IMG/VR virus record: IMGVR_UViG_3300028833_000087
Span: 32,001 to 96,000 of that record
Strand: one strand, 5' to 3'
Length of the DNA: 64,000 bases
DNA from: a virus
Taxonomy: Duplodnaviria > Caudoviricetes
Part shown: in pieces, positions 54,201-63,254 of the stretch
Layout of the letters: each line of letters starts with the position of its first letter
Numbering within the stretch: the stretch's first letter is position 1
Translations under genes and position numbers: made by a program
Notes under the pieces: model-generated
Database searches by the model: none
What the model saw: only the letters and a program-made list of their open reading frames with translations
What the model was told of the DNA's origin: nothing

Positions 54201-57200
54201 GAAAGCAAAGTCTGAGAAGTCCAAGATATGGGTAAAGGATGTATTAGATAGCACAAGATTCAAGGATTATGCTTCTGCTATAACTCATCTTGAGAAGACT
54301 TATGACTGTGAAATCGAGTATATATCTAGTGATAGAGGTGATTGTGATTATATGATCTGTCATGTGGTACTCGAAAAGGGATTGCCAGTAGGATTTTCTT
54401 ATCTCAACTTCAAAGCTAAAAGTTCAGAAAAATATAAGAATTATCCTCAGTATATTCATGATTCTAATGATGATAATGCTAACATTCATGTTCCGTTAGG
54501 ACCTGCTTTACAACTTCATATACCTGAAGATGAGATAAACGATTTAAAAACCCTTATCAATGAATGCTATAAAGAAAAAGCCAAAGGTGGAAAACCTCCT
54601 GTGGTAGTTGATAGTATTCCTATGCCTGATTTGGTAAAAGATAATTCTTCAAATAACAAAGAAATACCTCATAAGTATTATGTAGAGTATTATGTATTAG
54701 TATTTCATAATGATGAAGGTAAAGATTGTTATTTTCAGGGGTTTAATGAATATGGTTGTGAGTCATACGATTCTTTTAAATATGCAAAGAAATTTAATGA
54801 TTTCGACTCAGCATTATCAATGACGATAGCTTTAGAAGATCCTGTTCCTATTGAATCCTGTGAAAACAATGATCCATGTAAGTTATTCTCTATAACTAAA
54901 ATAAGAGAATACAGTAATGGTAATTGGTTTGTAATTGACAGTAAATCTTATAAAGATTTAGATGAAGAAGATGCAGATGAGGAGTGATAATATGGCAGAT
55001 ATTAAGATCAATATTACTGGTATTTCAGCTGAGGACATTAAGTCCTTGGCTGATAAAATCAGCATTGAAACAGATAAAAAAGAAGAAATGTATTATGTAT
55101 GTAATGATAGAGAAAAAGGTCCATTCAAGGACTATGATAATAAATATGAGGCTATTGTAAAATACGAAGAAGAACATAATGTATTGCTCAGAGAAGTACC
55201 AAGAGAGATGCCCGAAGAAAAATATTCTTATTCGTCAAATATTGCTTATCTCTATACTTCAAATAGTAGAATGCTTGCAAGATTTGTTGAGATTCCTAAC
55301 GATACATACTATGAAATAGATGAAGGAAATATAACGGATGATGATTATCCTGATCTGTTCTTAGTTAGAACAAGCACTCTTGAGTCTTGCATAGATAAAA
55401 TTATGACTTATACAGGTGCTGAATATATAATAGAAGTTAAGAGAGAAGAAGATAAAGAATTTTCTTATGATCTTATGGTAGATTATTGTGTTGGAGATGA
55501 TCTTATCGATAGAAAATATTATAATCTTGCAGAAAGGCCAAGATATAAATATTATTTCAACACATTTCATGATTCTAACAAAAATCCTATATACTTCGAT
55601 TCTGAAAAAGAAGCAATACAATATGTAGAAAGAAATTTCAAAGTAAAATTAGTTGAACCTAATGAAATGTTACAAATGTCAAATGATTCTTTAATAGAAC
55701 TTATATGTTGTACACAAATAGGTCCGGAAGAAAAGATAATAGATTCAAAGATGTTTTATAGGATTAATATTGATGCACAGTATAAGAAAATTTTTGATCT
55801 AGGAATCTCAATTGAAGACAAGTTAAAAAATTTGCTTAAAAATCAGGAAAATAAAGATGCAAATAAAGAATATTATTGCTGGAACGATAATGAACTTCAT
55901 GGATTTCCTAATATAAGATGTACACAAACACCAGACGGATTTGAATACATATATCCTCAAGAATTCAAATCTTGTAAAGAAGCTATTACATGGTATGAAA
56001 ACAATAATCAAGTGCATCTTGAAAAGACAACCATAACAAAAGTTCTAGCTTTAGAAGATCCGGACAAATTTACTATTTTAGAGCATCATTATCCTATCAA
56101 AGTAACCGATAATGATAAGAAAAGTACCAAGATAGTAAATAAAGTATATTACGAAAAGATTTAACTATAAAGATCCCATTGTTATTAGCAATGGGATCTT
56201 TATTTAAAAGAAAGGAGTGTAATAATGGAAATTAATTTTAATTTTAATGTATCTTGCGATAAAGAGCATTTAAAGAAACTTCAGCATTTATTAATTGATG
56301 AAGAATATGATGAAATATTGGATATACTTGCATCCGAAAAAGAATATGAAATTAAAGATTTTAAAGGAGAAGTAGTTGATAATAATAAAAATAATGTGTT
56401 GACTATTCCTTATAAACAGGATGATTATACAATTACAATACCTAAAACAATACCGTGTGACGGATCTGCACCTTTAAATGGAATTGATCATCTTTATAGA
56501 CCTGATCAGGTAGTATATGAAACATGTAATGAACCTGCAGAAAATGTATTAAAATTATATACTGAATCAAATATTTATTCAGCTGAAGGTAGTTCAGATC
56601 TACCGGATGATGTGAATATAAATAGTACTCCTGATGATTTTCATTATTCAATGCCGATAACTACTGAAGAATTAGAAAAGGTTAAAGATATAACAGAGAA
56701 GACAGCTGAAACTTTTAATAATATAATGAAAATGGTCGAGTTTACTGATGAGAAGAATCATATATTTGAATTTGCGGAATCAGCTAAAAATGGTTCTATA
56801 CAATGTAGTACAATTGAAGCAGTAAATTTGGCTGAAGCTATAAGATGGTATGAATCTACAAATAATGTTGAGCTTGTATATTGTGATATCATAGATGAAT
56901 ATCATGCTGAATCTATAAAATTATTGGATGATGTTGTTCGTATTGTTATAGAAGGAACGTGTTATTTCTTTCGCAAAAGAAGCCCTCAATTTTATTATGT
57001 AATTAAGAATGATCATAATCTTTTCTATACTACAATTAAATCTGATTTAACAGGAAAAGATATTATAACATTTATCGATTCTATAGAAAAAGCAGATCAT
57101 TTTGAATTTATTCAAAGTGCAAAAAATGTTATTGATCATAATAAAGATTGTCAAGATAAAGATTTTACAATTATAAAATGTGCTAAGAGAATAGCTGAAA

Positions 57201-57797
57201 TATATTGTGGTGAAGGTAGAATCATTAAATTTAATGAATGGCATTACAAATGTGAGGGAAATAAAGATGACAGAAGTAGAAATAACAATGAAGATGAAGG
57301 TTGATGAAGATTTTATAAATGAATTAAAATATATAATCGATCATCATATTGAACAATTAGTAGACTATGATAACTATCCTGAAATAAAGACTATCTATGA
57401 TTGTAAGCTAAAAACACCTAATCAAGATGAAGATCATTATGATAGATATATTGCAGGATTTGTTGATCCGATCAATTTTAATGTTCATTATATGAGTTAT
57501 TTTGCCGCTTTTGATCCTAAATCCAAAACTCCTAATGGGTTTATGGTTAATAGTCCTAGACAAGCTTCAAGATATATTTCTATTGAAGATTTTGAAAAAG
57601 ATTATGGATCAAAAATAAAAAATAAATTAACGGAAAAAAGATTATTATATACACCTGCAATAAATAGTAGAGAAAAAGAGATAAAATTTAAAAATATTGT
57701 AGAGATGATGAATAACGAACCGTATAATTTATTTATATTAAAAGTAGATCCTGGCTTTAATATAAAAGAAATGTATGTATTGAAGGAGGAAAGATAA
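51249..57797 (+). other. tandem cluster of acidic ORFs sharing a (W/Y/F)x(D/N)xxxAxxF-type domain
   Basis: ORFs at 51249, 51977, 52391, 52824, 53261, 53511, 54064, 54962, 56225 and 57207, each with an RBS; the motif is present in most. Confidence 0.7.
51756..51962 (+). pseudogene. small gene with two in-frame stops
   Basis: GAGGAGG RBS; TAA and TAG in frame; later PMANG (shared with ORF 53261) and CDNCDKC. Confidence 0.5.
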
Positions 57798-57982
57798 TGA
57801 ATGAAAAATTTTATTTTGACACAGATGTGATGAGTGAAGATGAAATACTAAAGGTATACATTCCTGATAAATCATTGGGAGAAAATGTTGGTCGTGTACT
57901 ACCTATCATAACGAAATCTATATTTATTGAATGCTATAATAGGTGGATTAAAGAATCTGAAAAAGAAAAGGAGGAATAATAA

Positions 57983-58525
57983 ATGAGAGTTATTACAGCA
58001 GTAGAACAGTATATTCCTAAGGAAGGTGATATTACAGTATTTCTTGCAGGTGGTATCACTAATTGCTGGGAATGGCAGGATAAGATAATTGAATTATTGA
58101 TGGAAAAAGGAGATGCTAAGCAATCAAATGAATTAGTTATCTTTAATCCTCGCAGAAAGAATTTTCCTATTGATGATCCGAATGCTTCTTATGATCAGAT
58201 TTGCTGGGAATTTAAAATGCTTGAGAAAGCAGATATCTTTTCTATGTATTTCTGCGGCGATACTCCTTCAGACCAGCCTATCTGCATGTATGAATTAGGT
58301 AGAAATATCGTTCGTATGCAGATGAAGTATCCTGCAGAGTGGCAGAAAAGAATCATTGTCAGCTTAGAAAGTAAATACAAGAGAAAAAATGATGTAATTA
58401 TTCAGACTGAGTTAGCGACAAACGATAAGATTAATGTAAGACGCTCCGATGATCCTCTTAATGTAATAGACATGCATGTAGCTGATATCTATACTAAATA
58501 TATTAATTTAATAACTAAATTTTAA
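57983..58525 (+). CDS. nucleoside 2-deoxyribosyltransferase-like protein
   Basis: VFLAGGIT...WQ, IFNPRR, QI.WE...LE.AD, PIC.YELG. Confidence 0.82.
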   Translation: MRVITAVEQYIPKEGDITVFLAGGITNCWEWQDKIIELLMEKGDAKQSNELVIFNPRRKNFPIDDPNASYDQICWEFKMLEKADIFSMYFCGDTPSDQPICMYELGRNIVRMQMKYPAEWQKRIIVSLESKYKRKNDVIIQTELATNDKINVRRSDDPLNVIDMHVADIYTKYINLITKF

Positions 58526-58832
58526 GAAGGAGTAAAAATGAAAGTACCAGATGTAAAAGTTAGAGAGACAGTTGAGGTAAATCTTAAACTTGCTAGAACA
58601 GCATATATGGGTACATATGAAAATATAGATTTTTTATCAAAATTATACACTACTATCAATGAATTTTGCGAAAGATATGATGTTTATGCAGAAGATATCA
58701 AAGTAAATGCTAGTATATCTAATATAGATTAATGTTAAACCCTGAGGATTTCCTCAGGGTTTATTTTTTAATAATTAGCAATACTCTTAACTTGCTTATA
58801 ATTAGTAATATTCTAAAAGGAGGAATATATTT

Positions 58833-59930
58833 ATGAAAGTTCTGCTTATAGGTATTGGTGCTGCTGGTAATAAAGCTGTAGTTCAAGCTGTAGAAGATAA
58901 GGTTATTGCTGAAGAAGATTCTATTATTATTAATTCTACTGATAAAGATTTCCCAAAAGAATTTAATGGAAAGAAAATGATTTTATCTCCTAATAATCAG
59001 GGATGTGGTAAAGAAAGAGCAACTGCCTATGCTTTTACTAAAGCTCTAATTGAAAATGATACTCTTAATATTGATTGTTCTAAATATAATACAGTAATTG
59101 TTTGTGCATCTGTTGAAGGTGGTACAGGATCTGGTTCAGCTCCTTTGATTGCTAAATACTTTAAGCATGTCCATAATAGAAATGTACATGTGATTGCTTT
59201 TATTGGATTTGAAGATGATCCTAGAGGATTATCAAATACTGTAGAATTCTTTAAAGAATTAGAATCTGATCTTATTGTACAGACTATTAGAAATTCTTCT
59301 TTTATGAAACAAGCTGGTGGTAATAAGTTTAAAGCTGAAGAATTAGCTAATAAAGAAATGAGCAAGAGAATTAAGATTATTACTGGTCAGCAGTTTCTAA
59401 ATTCTGAACAGAATATTGATGATACTGATATTCTTAAAGTATCAAATACTGCAGGATATATGACTGTAGAAGAAAAGTATTTAGATAAGAATTTAGAAAC
59501 TGTAGAAGATTTTAATAAAGTGGTTAAGAATATGATTTATAATTCTCACTCTATTAAATCTAATTCTCCTAAGGCTATTCGTATTGGTGTTATTCTTAAT
59601 ATTGAACCTGGTTCAGAAGATGCTATTGATTATACATTTACTGATATCACTGAAGCATATGGTAATCCTTATGAAAAATATCTTCAGAAACAATGGGATG
59701 GTAATAAAGAATATATTCAGTGGATTGTATCTGGTATGCAGATGCCGTTAGATGAGATTAAAGAGATTTATGATAGATATCTTGCTGAATCTGATAAGGT
59801 ACAGAAAGACGCTGATACTTTCTTTAAAACAATGGAAACAATGCAGATGGATAGTAGTAATTCTAGATTCGATATGATTAAACCTGAAGAAAAGAAAATG
59901 AGCAAAGATGCATTTTTAAAGAATCTATAA
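58833..59930 (+). CDS. tubulin/FtsZ-family GTPase (PhuZ/TubZ-like)
   Basis: IGIGAAGNK, GCGK, tubulin signature GGTGSG, T7-like NIDDTD. Confidence 0.9.
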   Translation: MKVLLIGIGAAGNKAVVQAVEDKVIAEEDSIIINSTDKDFPKEFNGKKMILSPNNQGCGKERATAYAFTKALIENDTLNIDCSKYNTVIVCASVEGGTGSGSAPLIAKYFKHVHNRNVHVIAFIGFEDDPRGLSNTVEFFKELESDLIVQTIRNSSFMKQAGGNKFKAEELANKEMSKRIKIITGQQFLNSEQNIDDTDILKVSNTAGYMTVEEKYLDKNLETVEDFNKVVKNMIYNSHSIKSNSPKAIRIGVILNIEPGSEDAIDYTFTDITEAYGNPYEKYLQKQWDGNKEYIQWIVSGMQMPLDEIKEIYDRYLAESDKVQKDADTFFKTMETMQMDSSNSRFDMIKPEEKKMSKDAFLKNL

Positions 59931-59935
59931 TTAAA

Positions 59936-59961
59936 ACCCTGGACGAATATTCGTCCAGGGT
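59936..59961 (+). terminator. hairpin ending the tubulin gene
   Basis: accctggacgaa/ttcgtccagggt. Confidence 0.75.
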
Positions 59962-59978
59962 AATATATTAAATAATAA

Positions 59979-59987
59979 TATATTATA
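59979..59987 (+). promoter_or_regulatory. phage early-type promoter motif TATATTATA upstream of the pentamer array
   Basis: Same motif at 7815, 26946, 36155, 37164, 39901 and 49537; variants at 9670, 33886 and ~63175. Confidence 0.65.
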
Positions 59988-60010
59988 AATATGAAAGGAG
60001 GTTAATAATT

Positions 60011-60526
60011 TTAGTAATTGTGTAGTTGCGTACTACGATGTGCGGTTAGGCTAAGTATATGCTTTGTATTGTGCGGTAGAGCGATGTGGTGTATATGTAT
60101 AGTAGTGTATTATTTTAGTTCAGTAGAGTAAAGTAAATGTGAAGTGAAGTGCTGAAACTTGTAGTGTGGCATATGTAAGGTTTGACAATGTATTGTCGAG
60201 TAAATGTATAGTGAAGTATGGTAACGCCTAGTCAAGTACAGTAGTGTAAATGCATAGTCGAGTCCTGTGTCGTAAATGTATTGCCAGGTAGTATGGTGTA
60301 CTAGTATAGTCACTTACTGCTCAGTATAGTCAAGTAAATGTATTGTGACGTAGCATAACGTTATGTTCAGCGGTGTAAATGTATAGCGACGTAAAGTTTA
60401 GTTCTGTAAATGTATGGTAATACACATTGTGCCAATACGTGGTAATGTATTTGTAAAGTAAGGTATATTTAAATTACGTGAAGTAAATGTAAAGTAAGGT
60501 TGGGTAAAGTATTATTAAGTAAATAT
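60011..60526 (+). repeat. pentamer-periodic array, left arm: (NNNGY)4-8 blocks separated by AAATGT-like hexamers
   Basis: Example: aaatgt-atagt-gaagt-atggt-aacgc-ctagt-caagt-acagt-agtgt-aaatgc; about 14 blocks by manual parse. Confidence 0.9.
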
Positions 60527-60539
60527 TTAAAGAAAGGAG

Positions 60540-60845
60540 ATGGTGTTTATGCATGATATGAGAAGAAAGAAAGATCGAATTTGGCGTGAAGCCAAAGGAA
60601 TCTGCTCTCATTGTGGTCATAAGATCTATAGTATGAGAAATAAAACTTTAGATCATTTTATTCCAAAATCATGCTTCGGATCTTATGATGAGAGAAATTT
60701 ATTTGCGCTATGTAAAAGATGTAATGAAGAAAGGGGGAATGCTCTTGTAGGACTTGATTACTATGTATATGCGTCTGAAAACAAAAAGATGCAAGCATAT
60801 CAATACGGACTTGAATACAATACCAGAACATCTTCTATGCAGTAA
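60540..60845 (+). CDS. HNH endonuclease (McrA-like, two CxxC pairs) embedded in the array
   Basis: CSHCG...TLDHFIPKS..GS....NL..LCKRCN..RG; AAAGGAG RBS (start could be ATG 60549). Confidence 0.88.
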   Translation: MVFMHDMRRKKDRIWREAKGICSHCGHKIYSMRNKTLDHFIPKSCFGSYDERNLFALCKRCNEERGNALVGLDYYVYASENKKMQAYQYGLEYNTRTSSMQ

Positions 60846-61178
60846 ATGTATAGTGTAGTGAAGTGGAGCCCAGTAAATGCAAGTTAAAGTCTAGTATCAT
60901 ATGGTATAGTACAGTAAAGTATATGTAAAGTACGGTGTAGTAAAATACAGTAAATGTTTTGTAGGGTATTGTGCCATTTTGTGAAGTGATTGTATGGTGA
61001 AGTAGAGTACAGTAAATGTAAGGTGTAATGGAGTATGGTCTGGTAAAGTAGATGTGAGGTAACGCACAGTTTTGTGCTGTTGGATGATGTATATGTAAGG
61101 TGAGGCGTAGCAGTGCTGAGTCGTGTGGTGTAATGGCGAAGTGGTGCAGAGTCATGCTTTGTGATGTAAAGTAATTGT
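60839..61178 (+). repeat. pentamer-periodic array, right arm
   Basis: Example: atatgt-aaggt-gaggc-gtagc-agtgc-tgagt-cgtgt-ggtgt-aatggc; 9 blocks by manual parse. Confidence 0.9.
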
Positions 61179-61183
61179 TCGAT

Positions 61184-61223
61184 TATACAAGCATACTTAC
61201 AATTTAGTAAGTATGCTTGTATA
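61184..61223. terminator. 17-bp perfect hairpin closing the array
   Basis: tatacaagcatacttac / gtaagtatgcttgtata; there is no clear U tract, so it may be a processing or stability stem. Confidence 0.6.
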
Positions 61224-61244
61224 TATCCGAAAGGAGAATATTTA

Positions 61245-62138
61245 ATGAGTTTATTTGATAATTTTTTAAATCAAATAAAAGAAAGTCCTAAATCTGAAAA
61301 AGTTCATATTCCTCTATATAATACTATAGAGTATAAAATATCTACTTTAGTAGATATGATAAATAATGTAGATTCTATATCTGATGAAGAATTAAAGAAT
61401 GTAATCATAAGACAGCATAAAATGATATTAAATTATGATCCATTCTTATCTAATCAAGATACTAGAAGATCTGCATTAAAGTTATTTACAAATAAAAGGT
61501 TCCTTAATTTATTTCTTGAAGTTATTGGATTCTTGGATTTATCAAGAGAACAAGTTATTTGTATAAATAAACTTGCTTATGATTATTATGTATCTAATAA
61601 TAAAGAAAAAGAAATATCAGAACTATTATTATCTATTTGCTATCTTATCAATAATCAATTGATTATTCGACTTTCTGCAAAGATGGATATTACAAATGCG
61701 AGAGTTTTATCAATGATAGCTAACTCTACATTTAAAATAGAAAAGAAAGTTCATAGAGTAAATGTATTCTTTTTAAAGAAAGATACAAATAAAGAATTTA
61801 CTGTACAAGATTATATAGATATTTATATAATACTATTTGATCATTTTAGAGAATTATTTACATATTCAATGTTTGAAGCTTGGACAACTCCTATCACAGA
61901 TGAGTGTGCTCAATTACAATATGATAGATTCTTAAGAATGTCAGCAGCTTTAATAATTATGCTTGATAGTTTAACAAGTAAAGATATAGCGACAGTATTA
62001 AGAGAATATGGCTACACTTTGTCTATGATACCGAATAGTCCTATTAGATTTTCTATAAAGAATATGAAAAAGTATGATAGAATCAAAGATATAGCACATA
62101 GTCTTGAAGTAAATGAAAATGATATTTTAATTCCCTAA
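61245..62138 (+). CDS. hypothetical protein
   Basis: 297 aa with AAGGAG RBS; helical character. Confidence 0.72.
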   Translation: MSLFDNFLNQIKESPKSEKVHIPLYNTIEYKISTLVDMINNVDSISDEELKNVIIRQHKMILNYDPFLSNQDTRRSALKLFTNKRFLNLFLEVIGFLDLSREQVICINKLAYDYYVSNNKEKEISELLLSICYLINNQLIIRLSAKMDITNARVLSMIANSTFKIEKKVHRVNVFFLKKDTNKEFTVQDYIDIYIILFDHFRELFTYSMFEAWTTPITDECAQLQYDRFLRMSAALIIMLDSLTSKDIATVLREYGYTLSMIPNSPIRFSIKNMKKYDRIKDIAHSLEVNENDILIP

Positions 62139-62236
62139 GGAGAAATCCTTAGGGATGTTTTTATTTTTTCACAATCATATAATGATATATCTAATATCAC
62201 TTAACTAAATATAATTTAAGATTGGAGGATAGATAA

Positions 62237-63127
62237 ATGAAAATTAAAGCTTTTAAAGGATTTAATCCTGATATGACTTGTAAAAAGTTTAAATTTGTTC
62301 CTGGCGTGGAATATAGTATGGATGAAGATAAAATTAATTTGTGTACAAGAGGATTTCATTCTTGTATTATTCCTCTGCAATGTTTCAGCTATTACAAACC
62401 ATTAGCAGGTGTATTTCATGAAGTAGAAATAGATGGTGCTATGGAAATAGCAAAAGCTAATTCCAAGATAGTATCATCTAAAATTACTGTAGAAGAACAT
62501 GAATTAGATTCTAAAGAAATAGTTAATGAAACTTATGATTGTATTGAGATGCTTACAGGTGATACAGATTATCACGATACAATATTAGAAGATCTTTCAG
62601 AAAAATTAAAAAATTCTAAAATTAAAGGATCTATTAATGTTTCTAATGCTTATCGTTCTATAGCAGCATCTAATATAGATGATGATTTAGGAAATGGTTC
62701 TGTTATTAATACTGGCGGTAAATCTATTGCAGCATCTGTTGGTAATGATAAATGCGTTGCTACATCTGATACTAATTCTATAGCTGCATCTGTTGGTAAA
62801 ACAAATAATGTGATATCTGCTGGATCTAAATCTATCGCTGCATCTATAGGAGATTATAATTTGGTAACTGCAGGTAATCAGGGTGTAATTGCAGTATCTG
62901 TTGGTGAGCAATGTAAAGTTATAGCTGAAAAAGCAGGTTCTATGGCTATTATTACTACAGATTCTATTGGAAAAGGAGCTTTAAATTCTTATCTTGTATT
63001 TGTAAATACAGTTAAGAATGCTGATGAAACTACTATAGATAAAGTTATTACTATATTTATTGATGGTTCAAAATATCGTCCAAATACTTGGTATAAATTA
63101 GATAATGGTGTTGTAAAAGAAGCATAA
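62237..63127 (+). CDS. phage protein with KAFKGF/GFHSC N-terminal domain and ~11-aa SIAAS repeats (probable beta-solenoid)
   Basis: KAFKGF..DMTC, LC.RGFHSC..PL.CF.YY; repeated SIAAS(V/I)G; YRPNTWYKL. Confidence 0.72.
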   Translation: MKIKAFKGFNPDMTCKKFKFVPGVEYSMDEDKINLCTRGFHSCIIPLQCFSYYKPLAGVFHEVEIDGAMEIAKANSKIVSSKITVEEHELDSKEIVNETYDCIEMLTGDTDYHDTILEDLSEKLKNSKIKGSINVSNAYRSIAASNIDDDLGNGSVINTGGKSIAASVGNDKCVATSDTNSIAASVGKTNNVISAGSKSIAASIGDYNLVTAGNQGVIAVSVGEQCKVIAEKAGSMAIITTDSIGKGALNSYLVFVNTVKNADETTIDKVITIFIDGSKYRPNTWYKLDNGVVKEA

Positions 63128-63254
63128 TATATAAGCCCTAGAGGAGAAATCCTCTAGGGTAAATTTTTTCATAATTATATATAATATATGTGTAAAATAG
63201 TTTTGATTGTATCCCTTATACAATCATTAAAAATCATTTAAGGAGGAAACAAAA

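Noticed and set aside
60110-61155. Minus-strand ORFs 60110-60313 and 60835-61155
   Set aside because: His/Thr/Leu/Tyr-biased translations are by-products of the 5-nt periodic repeat; no RBS
60011-61178. Canonical CRISPR array
   Set aside because: No 23-47 nt identical direct repeats; the constant element is only ~8-9 nt (gtaaatgt[a]) and the inter-delimiter sequence is itself periodic
60011-61178. TubZ centromere (tubC iterons) or replication origin
   Set aside because: Disfavoured but not excluded: the units are heterogeneous, strand-biased, bounded by a promoter and hairpin, and no TubR-like gene is adjacent
752-62911. Numerous 60-112 aa antisense or overlapping ORFs in the track (e.g. 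3058-3387, 30066-30320, 59027-59365)
   Set aside because: Shadow frames of longer genes, lacking RBS and motifs
6204-63160. Recurrent CCCT(A/G)-type palindromes as a mobile repeat family
   Set aside because: They sit at gene ends with differing stems and A/T tails, consistent with ordinary intrinsic terminators
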